64,000 nt of DNA from positions 53,630,001 to 53,694,000 of the forward strand of contig NC_043008.1 of the NCBI RefSeq assembly GCF_006345805.1, given 5' to 3'. The notes beneath the pieces were generated by a model, which was not told where the DNA came from, searched no databases, and was given only the letters and a program-made list of their open reading frames with translations. How positions within the stretch are numbered: the stretch's first letter is position 1; each line of letters opens with the position of its first letter. Positions 1 through 14,721 of this stretch are shown in pieces. The position numbers and the translations under genes are program-made. Source of the DNA: Octopus sinensis (lineage: Eukaryota).

Positions 1-195
1 AGCACAGGGAATGAAGGTTCTGAGGCAGGATGGATTTACACAAACAATGTTAATGCAAAATTAGATGTATTAGGCTTGGGTCCCTCTGATTCGAACCTCA
101 AGGATCTATGGAAAAAAAAAGACAGCAAAATATCAGTGACGCCAGGAGGGAAATGTTTTCATTTTAAAAACCATTTCATACAAACAAGTGAATGA
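1..195 (+). CDS. Weak candidate coding fragment, open from the window edge (STGNEGSEAGWIYTNNVNAKLDVLGLGPSDSNLKDLWKKKDSK...)
   Basis: Frame +1 is stop-free for 64 codons in non-repetitive sequence; the other frames checked stop early. No recognisable domain. Confidence 0.2.
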   Translation, partial: STGNEGSEAGWIYTNNVNAKLDVLGLGPSDSNLKDLWKKKDSKISVTPGGKCFHFKNHFIQTSE

Positions 196-774
196 GAAGT
201 CACCGAGTGAGTTTTTGAACTGCTAGAAAGAGAAACCATATCTATCTGAAACCACACTCTACCCTTTTAACATAAGGATGAAAATCTCTAGTTAATGTGG
301 CCTAAAGTGATCTCTTCCAATGGGAGAATATTTTGATTGGCAGCCTTTTTTCACATGACAGCTTTTAAGGTTTAGCTAGGCGAGATAATACCAAAGAAAA
401 AAACAAGACAATCTTAAAATGAAATGAGGAAAAATGCAGAATCTTTCTCAAAAATAGTTTTACTTATCAAAAAGTAAATCTATGTGTGTAATTCCATTAA
501 GAACGTTCTATAGGAGACAGTGTATCTGTTCTTGATGAAAATACGCATGTGTGGTTTCTTATTCTAAATATAAATTAAATTCTTGTCAGAGATAAAGTTA
601 AAAGTAAGTACATCATTGCATTAGTGCAAATATTTATATACATGCATATAATGTATATGTGCCTATGTGTAAACACACGCAAACACACACATACAGCATT
701 CTCACACACAGAACACACACACACATATATGTAATATACATAGATACATATGCATACCTATACATGTACACATG

Positions 775-808
775 TATTTACACATCTCGCTCTGTATCTA
801 TATATATG

Positions 809-839
<31 letters not shown>

Positions 840-1079
840 TATATATGTATGTGTGTGTGTGTGTGTGTGTATGTTTGTGTGTTTGTATGTATGTATGTAT
901 ATATGTATATTAATATGCATACACTTATGCTTATAAGAATCTATTTTTTTCAATAAAATATATTTTTGTATATGTGCACTTAGTGTATGAGTAAGCATAT
1001 GGGTATTTACGTAAATATAAGTGTGTGTGTGTGTGGTGTGTGTGTGTGTGCGAGAGCGTGTCTGAGTGCGTTTGTGTGT

Positions 1080-1118
<39 letters not shown>

Positions 1119-1171
1119 TTTGTGCGTGAATAAGTGTATGAATACTGGCATGCATAAATATTTACATATAC

Positions 1172-1216
<45 letters not shown>

Positions 1217-1235
1217 CATACACATACATATAAAT
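775..1235. repeat. Compound (TA)n/(TG)n/(TATG)n microsatellites
   Basis: Direct reading; source of the YI/CV/HT low-complexity ORFs. Confidence 0.95.
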
Positions 1236-1589
1236 ATACGTACTTACACAGAGACGTAGATTCTTCGCGAATTTGCACGTATGAATGAGTGCAATATGAC
1301 ATATACACTTATATGTTAAACATTAAAAAACCAAACAAACCAGATGAGATGAAAAGATAATTATCCACCACACAGTATATATATCATTGATCATCTAGAA
1401 TCCTTTGTGAAGTTGTTGAAGATCCCTCTTGTGTTTATCTTCCACCATCACTTCTTCTTCTGCAATAATTCCTCCTTGCATTCACAACGCCGCAGAAGAC
1501 ATTTACTATAATCGATAAAACGTACAGAAACAACTCTGTGTGTATTTATAGGTGAATCGCGCGGATATATGCGCACGACGACGGCGATG

Positions 1590-2020
1590 AGGGTGTTGCT
1601 GATGTTGGTGGTGGTGGTGGTGGTGGTAGTGGTGGTGGTGGTAGTAGTGGTGGTGGTAGTGGTGGTGGTGGTGGTGGTGGTGGTGGTGGTGGTGGTGGTG
1701 TTGGTGGTGGTGTTGGTGTTGGTGGTGGTGTTGGTGGTGGTGTTGGTGGTGGTGGTGTGTTGGTGGTGGTGTGGTGGTGGTGTTGGGGTGTTGGTGGTGG
1801 TGTTGGTGGTGGTGTTGGTGGTGAAGGTGGTGGTAGTGGTGGTGGTGGTGGTGATAGTAGTGATCGTGGATTGTGGTGATGACTATGATGATAATGTTGG
1901 TAATGGTGATAATGACGATGATGATGATTTAGATAATGGTGAGGGTTAAGGTGATGGTGGTAATGGTGGTGGTGGTGATTACGAAAGGGAGGATAGTGAT
2001 GATGAGGAGGATGATGGTGA
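1590..2020 (+). repeat. Long imperfect (GGT)n then (GAT)n trinucleotide tract
   Basis: Direct reading; source of the poly-V, poly-H and poly-P ORFs. Confidence 0.95.
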
Positions 2021-2429
2021 TGGAGCCTTTGTCGCATTCGGCAATGAGTTTTTTTCTATAGAAGAGAGAATCAAGGTAGACCTAACGGAAAATGGCGTGT
2101 GATCAAGGGGTGGAGCGCATCAGAAGGGAGTTCGAAGTGAAGATATCAAGAACAAAATTCAAAGAATAAGAAAGCTCACTATAACACAATGATAAGAGGC
2201 GAGACAGATCAATTTCGCTAAGCGTCAACCAAATTATTTCTCCGGAAAATAGCGAGAAATATTGAGAGAATACAGATGAATTAAGATTCGTAGATTTCAG
2301 AAAAAGAGAGACACAGATGATGTTGCAAAATCACATAAGAATTTAGAATGACAAAAGGAAAGTACCCGAACAGGTTCACAATATAAAAACATGAAAATAT
2401 AGATTGTACATAACATTATAAACAACAGA

Positions 2430-3342
2430 CTAGCAGTTGTCTTCAACAACTCTTGAACTTTGATTTGTCTGTCTCCCTTTTACTGGGTCTTTTCTAGTGT
2501 AGATTTGCATTTTCCAGGTATAACATCTTTTACTGCCGCATATTGCCCAAATTTTAATTCTATATTTCCCTGGTTTTGAAGGAATATTTACCCGGAATGG
2601 GCAGCGCCCTCTGAATGAAACTAATTGTTCATCAACTGTCATACATGAACTTGGAACATATCCATCTTGCAAATTCTGATTCCACATTTCAAATGCTTCT
2701 CTTATGGGCTCCAATTTATCATCACTTCCCTTTGTTCTTCTTGCACTAGCATCATCAAAACGCAATACTTGTAAAATCTGTTGAAAACTTTTCCGGCTCA
2801 TAATGTTGTTGAATATTGGACAGCCATCTTTTTGACTCCATAATTATGCGACATTTTCATGTTTAGATTTTTAAACACCTATAAGAATAATCAGTCTAAT
2901 AAATTTCTTTAGTTCAGAGTGATCAATTTCCTTCAATTAAGGACCTTAAGCATTTGTCCTTTTACAATTACTTCAAGAAGATTCTGACGCAGAAAGATCG
3001 TAAAACATGTTTCAATGCTGTCGCAAGTCCTTTTAGCAGAAAGAGATGGTCTACATTCTTGGCGCAAAATATTGCATGGAGTTCTTAATGTTGCTTAAGT
3101 AAGAGGACCAGAATAGCAAACTTCTTGTCTGTCTTTAGAAACATATTGTACATTCGTAATTGGGTGACTAGCAGATAATTGATTTTGAGTATTTTCATCA
3201 TCTGATGACACAGAACTTAAACTGTTCAGCTCAACAATCACTTTCACCATCATTTTCAGAGTAATTGGAGGAATCTTCTTCCCATTCTTCATCTAACCTT
3301 TTTGATATTTGGGCTTTCACTCAAGTTTTCCCGTCTAGGCAT
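2430..3342 (-). pseudogene. piggyBac (PGBD4-like) transposase pseudogene
   Basis: ATG at 3342 (MPRRE...) and acidic N-terminus (DEEWEEDSSNYSENDGESD), then YVSKD.., ELKKFIRLIILIGV, LWSQKDGCPIFNNIMSRKSFQQILQVLRFDD and MTVDEQLVSFRGRCPFRVNIPSKPGKYRIKIW. Multiple stops and frameshifts; broken off before the DNFF catalytic Asp. Confidence 0.92.
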
Positions 3343-3884
3343 ATTGGAAAGCAGAAGTGAACTATATGAAACTTGACAGCAGACTAAAGGCAGATACTGC
3401 TCTCACATATTTATATTCTCCTGAAAGTTGATGCAATGAATTGTAAGAACTGCGTCATCAGATAGAAATATTGCATCACCCTATAACCAAGAAAATCGAA
3501 GGTGATGCAATACCACACAAATTTACAGGAATATTTTCATAATTTCTCTAAAATTCAACAAATAAATTGAATTCAATTTCATCTATTTCATATCTGATAA
3601 GTATCTAGGAAAAAAGTATTTGATACTGCTTTTATTCTATTTAGTATGACAAGAGTAGTATCTGAATTTAATTCAAGGGTTCAATGGACCCATACAGTAA
3701 TTTATGCATAAAGTGAAATTTTCTAGCTTTTTGTAAATATACAGAAAATTTCCCATTTGACTAATAAAAGAGAGTCAAGAAAAAAAAGTCACAAAAAATC
3801 ACCAGAATCAAATAATATAAAAAGTAGGAAAAGGCAACAAGAAAAATTGAAATGGGTCCATCGGACCCATTGGTAGACAGAAGG
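2430..3884 (-). mobile_element. Degenerate, 3'-truncated piggyBac DNA transposon
   Basis: Terminus TTAA|CCTTCTGTCTACCAATGGGTCC (TTAA at 3885-3888). Subterminal palindrome AATGGGTCC-ATC-GGACCCATT at 3851-3871, with a variant at about 3677-3693. Transposase remnants lie inside. No matching second end found. Confidence 0.9.
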
Positions 3885-3994
3885 TTAATATGTATTTTTT
3901 CATTTTTATTTATTTATTGAAATATATATATATATGTATGTGTGTGTATGTGTATGTATATATATATATATATAAATATACATATATATATATG

Positions 3995-4052
<58 letters not shown>

Positions 4053-4483
4053 TCTCTGCATGTACTACTGTATACATGCACATATATGTGTATATAGATG
4101 GTATACATACACATATACGTTTATATACATGTGTATATGTATATATGTATATTACGTATGAAGTTAGAACATTATTTACGTATTATGCATGGATGTTGTT
4201 TCCTGTAGTTTTCGGTGTTTTCTCTCCGGTTTTATATTCCATTCATTTGTATGTATGTATATTCTGAAGCATTGCAAGTGTTTATTTACATTGAGCTAAG
4301 ATATTTTATCTCTCGGATGGATTGGTAAATCAATCAGAAACAAATGTTGTCAGTCGATCGATCATTCATTATAATATCACACTCGTGTACTTTTACATTC
4401 TTGTTCTGTGTGTGTGTGTGAGGTGGGAGTTGTGTGCACTGGATAAAACTGAACATATTCTAAAAAAAAAACGTATTACATAT

Positions 4484-4862
4484 TCTTTTACTCTTTTACT
4501 TGTTTCAGTCATTTCACTGCGGCCATGCTGAAGCACCGCCTTTAGTCCAGCAAATCGACTCCAGGACTTGTTCTTTGGAAGCCTAGTACTAATTCTATTG
4601 GTCTCTTTTGCCGAACCGCTAAGTGACGAGGATGTAAATACACCAGCATCGGTTGTCAAGCGATGCTGGGAGGACAAATGGACACACACATATACATATA
4701 TACGACGGGCTTCTTTCAGTTTCCATCTACCAAAGCCATTCACTAGGCTTTTGTCGGCTTGAGGCTATAGTAGAAGATACTTGCCCAAAGTGCCACGCAG
4801 TGGGACTGAACCCGGAACCATCTGGTTGGTAAGCAAGCAACTTACCACACAGCCACTCCTGC
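4484..4862 (-). mobile_element. CORE-type tRNA-derived SINE (octopus OR2-like)
   Basis: Minus strand: tRNA-like head (GGAGTGGCTGTGTGGTAAG...GGTTCAGTCCC), MIR-like core (CTGCGTGGCACTTTGGGCAAGT) and tail GCATGGCCGCAGTGAAATGACTGAAACAAGTAAAAGAG. Confidence 0.85.
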
Positions 4863-5189
4863 ATGGTCACATGGTAAACATTTCCTGTACATTCTGTTAT
4901 ACCTTATTTTCCTATATTACTCAGAAGAATAGTCACCGTGCGAAGACTGCAATTTCGTTATGGTACTTTATATGTGCATACTTCCATGTGAACGGGTGTA
5001 TAGACTGCTCAGTCTGTGTGTACGTGTGTGTATGAAGATTTAATTACATATATGTATACACATATATGTAGGCATACATTTACGTGTATACATATATGTC
5101 TGTATAAAGATATCTATGTCTACATGTATACAGGCGTATTTGTATAATATATACGCATATAAGTATGTATGCATATAATACATACATAC

Positions 5190-5247
<58 letters not shown>

Positions 5248-5689
5248 ATACATACATACATATTTATATACAAATATACATATATATATATATATTAACA
5301 TATACTATGTTTATATATATGCATATATAGTATCATCTGGGTAATAATATTATAGCGTGCTACACCATAGCTCTTCTACACGTATGGGCTTCCATATGCT
5401 ATCATATATCAAGAATTCTCTCGTTACTAGTTATACCTATGGACATTCTTTAATATTCGCAGAATTCCTACGATAGAATTATAATGCAAGAAACAGAGTG
5501 AGCACGTTTTAATCCAAATCTCTACAATTGTTTCTGTGCATTAGTATCAGATTTTCATTGTTTTGTTTTTCACACATTATGCACATTATTGCATTAATAT
5601 GATCTAACGAGAGTGTGTACCTTCAAGTTTGCATGTGAGTGGGATTCGAGGGCACACCTGTCTTCATTCCATCTCCTGTAGTATAATTC

Positions 5690-6100
<411 letters not shown>

Positions 6101-7164
6101 GAGAAATATGGTTGTTTTCTATATAGAATACACTTCGCAGTGTTCAAGAGATTTGAACTTGAGTCGGTAGAAGAGTAAATGCAATAACAAGCAAGTTAGG
6201 CAAGTCGATCCACACAGAATATAAGTGATATCAGGAGTTAAATGAGTAAAGTATATACATATGCCATGTACTCTTGCACACACACATACACGCGCAATCA
6301 CATATATTCTGTTTTGACCAAGACTAGTCGTCCATAAAGAGCGAGATTGGATTATAAATCAATTCCCAATTTTACACTGTTGTTATTTACTAATATTCTC
6401 ATGTATCGTATCTTCGTGTGAAAGATACTTCTCTGTATGAATGTTTTGTTCTTGAGCATCGATTAACAAATCATAGATACCAGTATCCTTGCCCATTACT
6501 ACACAGCTCTGTAATGCAACGTAGTTCCACTGCTGTAACATGTACACAGTCTCGGTACTTCTTCCGGTTGTCAGTTTTCTGACGCGGGGTCGGAAAATAA
6601 AGTGCGAATCAATTACAAGAGTCGAATCAAATAGTTGAACTCCATCCCAACTAAAATTGCGAACGTTGTGTCTAATCAGAGTCGCTTATTTTAACCATTA
6701 AAGTAGAAAGCTTGCAGAATTAATGGAGCAACGGAATATATATTTAGCGATACTTCCTCCTGCTTTTTACCTTCTGTGTATTATTTTCCGCTGAGGTTAA
6801 CCTCCGAGAAATAAAATGTCGTACTCGTCAAATACTAGGTCGATAATATCTACTGACCCCTTCCACCAAAATTGGACTTATGCCTAATTAGAGACAATTA
6901 TTATCAGTAGGATGACAGGCTAAAATCTTTGGAGCGTCGGGAAAATGTTTCGTAGTATTTGTTCCATTTCTTTATGTCCTGAGTTCAAATCTTGGCAAAG
7001 GTACCTTCGTCATTCATTCCTCTGGTATTGACAAAATAAAACGCTGGTTGATGGTATTGACTAAGATACTCACTTCAAAATTGATGGCCACATGCCTACA
7101 CTAGCAACAAACATTCATACTACTACTACTACTTTATTAATGATTGCAGATTTGGCCAAAACGA

Positions 7165-7205
<41 letters not shown>

Positions 7206-7222
7206 ACTACTACTACTACTAT

Positions 7223-7253
<31 letters not shown>

Positions 7254-7278
7254 ACTACTACTACCACTACTACTACTA

Positions 7279-7348
<70 letters not shown>

Positions 7349-7349
7349 A
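7165..7349 (+). repeat. (CTA)n/(CTG)n trinucleotide tract
   Basis: Direct reading; source of the poly-T and poly-L ORFs. Confidence 0.95.
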
Positions 7350-8013
7350 ATATATTTATTTCGTAATCCTTTTTTCTTTTAATTTCTATAAATGTATACA
7401 TTCAAAGAAAGTGTATTCTCTAAAGCATCTCACGTAGACTAAAAAAGCTTTCATCTCTAAGCAAAAGCGACATACATACACACATACATACACACATACA
7501 CACACACATACATACATACATACACACACATACATACGTACATACATACGTACATACATACGTATATACATACATGTGTGTGTGTACATTTGCACAATTA
7601 TATTTATGTATAAATGAATATATATACATATGTATATACGTACATGTATATAATACTTGTATTCACAGAATGAAGTCAGTGGATTTGACTATGCTTCTTT
7701 TCAAAGACTTCAAAGTGATTCTGCAATCATTCTGCCTCTAAAGCAAATCAATAGAATATGTTGATTTGATAGGAACGTGTTGCAATGTATTAAAGTGTTT
7801 GTGGAATTCGTAATGTTAGTTTAGCACAGCCACCATTTACTAGCGTGTTTGACTTGGTAACAAGTACCAAGCTGTCGTTGTTTTAAATAGAGCTGACAGT
7901 CGACAGACATCTTCACCTTTGACCCAGTGGTGCAAACCGGTCGGAGAATGTGTTACACAACTATTTGACTGATATTCATTTTCGACTAGGTAAATTGGAG
8001 CAACATGGAATGA

Positions 8014-9460
8014 AGTATTTTGACAAAAATTTTTAAAACTTTTCACAGGATTTTCACAAATATTTTGAATAAAATATTTTGACAAAAATATTTTTTGAAA
8101 ATCCTTCAAAAATTTAACTCAACTTTTTGTGAAAATTTTTGAAAAACTTTTTCAAAATTTTCGACAAAACCGTTTGAAAATTTCTTCAAAATTTTTGTAA
8201 AAATCCTTTGAAAAGTTTTTCAAAAAATTTTTTTAAATCCTTTGAAAACTGTTTAAAATTTTTTAAAAAAATTATTGGAAAAGCTTTTTAAAATATTTTC
8301 AAAATCCTTTGAATACATTTTGAAAATCTTTTCAAAACTCTGAAAACTTTTTCAAATTTTTGTGAAAATCCTTTGAAAACGTTTCGAAAAAAGTTTTGCA
8401 AAATCCTTTGAAAAGTTTTTCAAAATTTTCGTCAATCTCCTTTGCAAATTTTAAAAAAATTATTTCTGAAAATCCTGTGAAAATTGAATCAAAATTTTTG
8501 TGAAAATTCTTAGAAAAGTTTTTCGAAATCATTTGAAATGTTTTCCAAATTTCTTGTCAAATTCCTGTGAAAATTTTAAAAAATCTTTGTCAAAAACTTT
8601 TCGCAGGATTTTGACAAAACTTTTGAAAAATTTGCAAATGGTTTTGCCAAAACTTTTGAAAAATTTGCAAATGGTTTTGCAAATGGTTTTGCCAAAACTT
8701 TTGAAAAACTTTGAATTGATTGCTTGAAAAATATTGAAAAACTTTTCAGTGGATTTTGACAAAAGTTTTGAAAAACGTGTCAAAGGTTTTGACAAAAATT
8801 TTGAAAATCTTATCAAAGAATTTTGAAAAACTTTTCAAATGATTTAGCCAAATGTTTTGCAAACATTTTCAAAAGATTATGACAATAGCTTGGTAAAACT
8901 TTTCAAAGAATGTTGTCAAAAGTATTGAAAAAAGTTTCAAAGGGATTTTACAAAATTTAGTAAAACTTTTCAAAGTATTTTGAAAAAAACTGTTTAGAAA
9001 ATATTCAATATTTTTTGATAAATTTTAGAAAACATTTTTATAAGGATTTTGAGAAAAATTTTAGAATATTTTCAAATGATTTTGAAAGGAATTTTGATAA
9101 ACTTTGCAAAGAATGTTGTCAAAATTTTTGAAAAAATTTTCAAAAGGTTTTGACAATAATTTTCTAAAACTTTTCAAAGGATTACGAAAAAAAAAGAAAT
9201 TTAAAACTTTTGAAAGGTTTTTGAGAAAAATTTTGAAAAGTTTTCAAAGGAGTTTGAAAGAAACTTTTTAGAATTTTCAAAACTTTGACAAAAAATTGAA
9301 AACCTTCTCACAGGATTTTGCGAAAAGTTTTTTTAAAAATTTCAAACGATTTTGAGAAAAGGTTTTAAAATTTTTCAATGGATATTGCCAAAATTTTGAA
9401 AATTTTATGAAAAATTTAGAAAATATATTCAAAGGATCTTGACAAAAATTTGAATAACTT
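8014..9460. repeat. Degenerate periodic A-tract/T-tract array (~11-bp subunits, ~33-35-bp higher-order unit)
   Basis: Recurring TTTTCAAAGGATTTTGACAAAAATTTTTGAAAAA-like units and their reverse complement; local exact duplications around 8630-8705. Confidence 0.85.
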
Positions 9461-10998
9461 CTACATCCAGGAAACGAGCGTACGAGTTAATGACGTGACC
9501 TCTATTCCATATACCCTATCATATCTCATTATACACATCCGAGCGTGGGATGAAAACTTCATGATCTGACTATGAATCATCGATGCCGGAGCAATGAAAT
9601 CTTTTAGGATGAGTGGTGGGTTGATCAGTTTGAACCAGAGACAAAACAATGACCCTTACATTGGAAAAGCTCATCGTCCTCTGCTCCAAAGTAGGCCAAG
9701 GTCGTTTCGTCAACAGCTTTTTGTGATGCAAAATGCAATGGACTAAGCATCAACAGTAACAAATATATAAAGGAAAATAATTTCTAGAAACGCATTGTAA
9801 GTTAGCTGGATTTCATTTCGTTTTGCTACCCAATATTAGAAAGATTTGATCAATAACTCTTTCTTGCACAATATGTCAGTTTTGTTGGGTGTTTGGTATT
9901 CTCTCGCTGGTGTTTTTCTCATGTAGGTTGCAGATAAATTAGAATGCTTATACTTCTGTGCATTCAATTCAAACATACAGTAGTATACATTCTTTTTGTT
10001 TTGAGATCAAATCATCACAGTCGTCCAATAAAAGAGGATTTTGTGACCAGATGTTTGTTTAAATGCGCTGTATAATCAAGGGAAATTGATGCTTGCATAT
10101 AACTGTATCAGTTACAGAAATCGATTTAGTAATAGATTCTTATTTTGTCAAACTATCATAAAAAAAGGAAGAACACGTTGGGCAATGTAATCTACATATA
10201 CAAGAAAGATGGATGGGCATGACAGGCACGCCTGTTAGCATAGACGTGTATATTAAGTCACGGATATCCTGAACACAGAATCAACACCTACGGCAACTAA
10301 TCAACAACTACAAAAGTATGCATTCGGTTACTAATGTTTTTTGCACGACTTGATCCACGGTGATAAACCAAATATTTTGACAAGAGTAGGAGGAGAAGGG
10401 GATCAGAAAGAAGAGGAGGAGTACGAGGAGGAAAGAGAGGGGCGTGTCTTTCAGTCAAGAGTTTATTGCTTTGGATTTCATTTCTAAAGCATCACACAAA
10501 TACAAAACATGGTTTCAGATTTCATTGTCAATAAGCAGTACTTATGAACTGTTTTCAGTATATATTGATTTCTCACACAGGTACAAGGTCACTAACTTTT
10601 GCTGGAAGATATAATCGATCAAATCCATCCTAGTAATTGACTGGTATTTTATTTTATTGGTAACGAAAGGTTGGAAGGTGGAATGTTATTCAACAACGAA
10701 ACAAAACATAAAGATATGTCGTTGAAAATAGTTTCAGATTTTAACTTGTTATGCAATATGATTAAGTTTTGAAAAAATCAGTTTCATTTCATATATTAAT
10801 TACAAAGATTTAATTAATGTGAGTGCTTAGAATATATTTATGTAACGTAATTAATTAATTAATTAATTAATTAATTAATTCGAAGCACATTCTTAAACAT
10901 ATTTACATAGTTTTAAATTGTTCATTCTCAAGTAATAATAATTTAAATACATGTTTAAAGATATATAATTGTGTCTATATATATATTCATATATACGT

Positions 10999-11055
<57 letters not shown>

Positions 11056-11144
11056 TATATATATATTTATATAGAGAGAGATAGAGGTGAGAGAGGACAG
11101 AGAAGGAGAGAGCCATGCATGTATACATATGTGTATATATAAGA

Positions 11145-11203
<59 letters not shown>

Positions 11204-11499
11204 TTACATACATATGTATATACAATGACTCAGATATGTATCGTTAAAGATTCATAGGTTTAGAAATAATACTGAGGCAGCCACAGCTTTGAAACGACGC
11301 TGAATGGTATTGGATAACGAGCTACAATAATTCTTATATATACATATTCATACATACATGTATACATAAAGGTAGGAAGAGAAGAAAAAAAGAAAGGAGA
11401 AATAAAGGTTATGGGAAGTAAGATAGAAGAATAAAGAAAAGATAATTTGAAGAAAATTATTATTAGGTAACGTATAGATATTATTTGAAAAAAGCTGAA

Positions 11500-11880
11500 G
11501 GAATGTTTCTTTCAGTGTGTACACATGTAAACCATCTCCGTAAACCTGTTTACCAGTTTGTGTTTGGAAAAGAGAATAAGAAATTGCTCTTCCTTACAAA
11601 GAAGAGAAAAATATTTCCCTTTATGATAGGGAAAAGATCTAGATAAAATTTTGCATTCTAAGGCCACAGAGTAGTTTACTAAGTCCAGTGATGTTACGCT
11701 TTCGATCGTATTTGAAGGTAGAGAAATTGTTAGCCAATCTGGATTTCAAAAACGTTGGGGATAAACCTATATAAACAAAATCCTTGTTACCAGAGGTAAC
11801 CTTGCATTGGTATACGGCATTCTTAATTCAACCCTCTCCAATTAGGACACAGGTTTTATTAGGGCCACAACTGTAAATGC
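11500..11880 (-). mobile_element. Penelope-like element, GIY-YIG endonuclease remnant
   Basis: Minus translation YSCGPNKTCVLIGEG*IKNAVYQCKVTSGNKDFVYIGLSPTFLKSRLANNFSTFKY...GLSKLL, then SFPYHKGKYFSLLCKEEQFLI...LVNRFTEMVYMCTH. Matches PLE endonuclease layout (VY..YIG, R, LC.EK..I, LNK..E...C.H). Confidence 0.85.
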
Positions 11881-12157
11881 TGGTTACATTGATGTTATCA
11901 TTTAAGGAGTTAGTATCGTTAATATTATTGTTAACGTTAATAAGATAATTTGAATTATTAGGAGATAAATTGTAACATTTTAGGATACGGCTTTGTTGGA
12001 GGCCCAAACTTCTGAGATCTTTTAGGGCACTTAGAGAATTTGAAGAACCCCTGCAATAAGTGTCTGAATCTGAAATGGAAATATGTTGAATAAAATCATA
12101 ATTAACTCATCCTCCTGTATTTCCTTACAGCCGAAGCAAGGAACAGTTAAACGCCTT

Positions 12158-12267
12158 TCGTATATATTATATAAACGTATATTATATAAACGTATATAAA
12201 CGTATATTATATAAACGTATATTACGTATATTATATATTATATAAACGTATATTATATAAACGTACA
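12158..12267 (+). repeat. Minisatellite of ~15-bp AAACGTATATTATAT units
   Basis: About 6 imperfect tandem copies. Confidence 0.85.
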
Positions 12268-12516
12268 TAAATATTGTACGTATGTATGTATGTGAAGGTG
12301 TGTGTGTGTATTTGTGTTTGAAGTCTTAAGCTGATGACATGTGTGTGAGTACTTTTGAAGTAGACAGGTATAAATATCGTTCGGCATTGTACTTGAAAGA
12401 TCGTCCAATCTGAGAAATTTAAAGTTCATAATCCATCAATATGAAGCTTCACATATAGGAAGTATACTTCAGGTATTGAGTCGCTTTAATCTCATTTATA
12501 CTCTTTCATGCACACA

Positions 12517-12588
<72 letters not shown>

Positions 12589-13818
12589 AAATGCTCAGAA
12601 AAGCATGTTAACAAACATATGCTAACAAGCGTATATGATCTATAATGTACAAAATTATCGAAATCTATTAAATTTTTTACGTAAGAATAATATATATATA
12701 TGCATATATACACATCTACATATATGCATATACATTATACATACATACATACAAATACATGCACACACACATGCACACATATACATGCATATACATATAT
12801 ATATACATGTATTACTATGCATTTTTATTAAACTTGGAATCTTTCAATATCATTTTATGGATTAAACTTTGAATTGCACGCCCATAATAATATCTCGATT
12901 TCTACTTTATATTTCATACTTCGCAAAATTTCTTTTTGTTCCTTTAAGTTTCATTCGTCATAGAAAAATATTACATCTCAAGAATATGCTGTGTGCCATA
13001 CTTGAAACTTAGTGACAGTCTTACGATTATGTCACTCTTGATCCCCTAAACTTGTAAATAGCGATCATGATCAGCACTCAATTATTTAGATTAATGATAT
13101 TTTTACTTTACAAAAACTGCATTTGAATCCTTGTTATTTCAGTTTTAAAATTGTAGATTTTGTTGGTATTTCTAGCATCTTAGATAAATACGTAGGGCTT
13201 CATATAAAGATATAGTTTAAGTTTTGATGGTTTTAAACTTTTTATGAGTTCTTACTATTTTGTATCACTTTCTAATAGGTTGTTAATGCCTGAAATGAAG
13301 AGTTGATAGACAGACAACTCATGAAGAGTCCTTTCTCTGTGTTTACTTGTCCTGTTTTTACGTATTTCATGTTGTTGCACAGTTGGTGATAAGAAATACC
13401 CCTGATATAATATATGTATATATATATATATATATAAATTAGAGGAAAACACTATTATGTAATTCAAACAATGTTAGATGTAACCCAAATCACAAATAAA
13501 AAAAATATATTCTAAAACATATAACTAGATCACAAAAAGTACATAAATGAATAAACAATATATAATAAGGAAAAAGACTACGTACGTTTCATGGCAATAA
13601 TTTAAATTCGAATTACAATCAAATTAAAATTAATATATATACTTATATATATATTATATATATATAATATATATATATATGTATGTATGTGTGTGGGTGT
13701 GGGTGTGTGTGTGTCTATACGTATCTATTTTTAAGTAGATAATACATACAAATGTATATTGTGTATATTATATATAATGTAATTGTTATGAATATATATT
13801 TATATAAATATGTGTATG

Positions 13819-13852
<34 letters not shown>

Positions 13853-13872
13853 GTGCACACTTACACACGCAC

Positions 13873-13914
<42 letters not shown>

Positions 13915-14721
13915 TACATGTAGTATGTATGCACGTGAATGCATGTATATGTGTATATGCTTCGTATGTGCATGTACGTACGTAGATAAGTATGTTTATT
14001 TGCATTTACGGTGAACGGCAGCACATTATCTCAGAGAAGACATATTAGAATTATGTCGAACAATTTTCAACAGAGTTTGATATGTTTACGACAGATACGA
14101 TAGCTGTGCCAGTTCGCCAGTTCTGAATGTCACGACTTGAGATACACATTGAATGAAGGTTTCAGGAAATATAATTTTAGTTGAATATTTAAAAAAAAAA
14201 GCAATACATATGTTGCTTTATCTGCCTCTTTGTTTTCTTTTAACGAAATAAAAATATTCTGAAATAGAAAGTAATAATATTATTTTGTGTGGAATCTTAG
14301 AAAATATTGATACAGAATTTCATGTTTATTTTTTGGAAGCACGTGAGAATATCGTGTTTCTACTTAGGTTATCGAAAGTTACTACATTGGATTCTCATAA
14401 TAATTATCCTGTAATTGTATGGTTCAAGATTACATATCTATATCTACCACGAATTCGTGCAATATACGGATAATAACTTTCTCCATCAGGGAAAAGGGAT
14501 ATATAGGGATTTGAGCAGAAAGGAATCATAATTAACATTATCTGGATTTGAAGCATTTGCTCGACTTCAATTTCTGCCGTCTTTTATCAACTTTTGGTTT
14601 AATCTCTTCTGAGAATATTAAATAAGTAGTTGCAGTATTATAGAGTGGATTTAATTAAATATATTGTTGTCTTCTCCCTCATTTATACTTGGCCCTATCT
14701 AAGAAATATTGCTTTCTTGTT

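Noticed and set aside
8332-8816. FEK/FSK-rich ORFs
   Set aside because: They are translations of the A/T-tract array.
9700-10160. Possible RT fragment (LLDDC) on the minus strand
   Set aside because: Only a marginal motif with no supporting flanking RT blocks.
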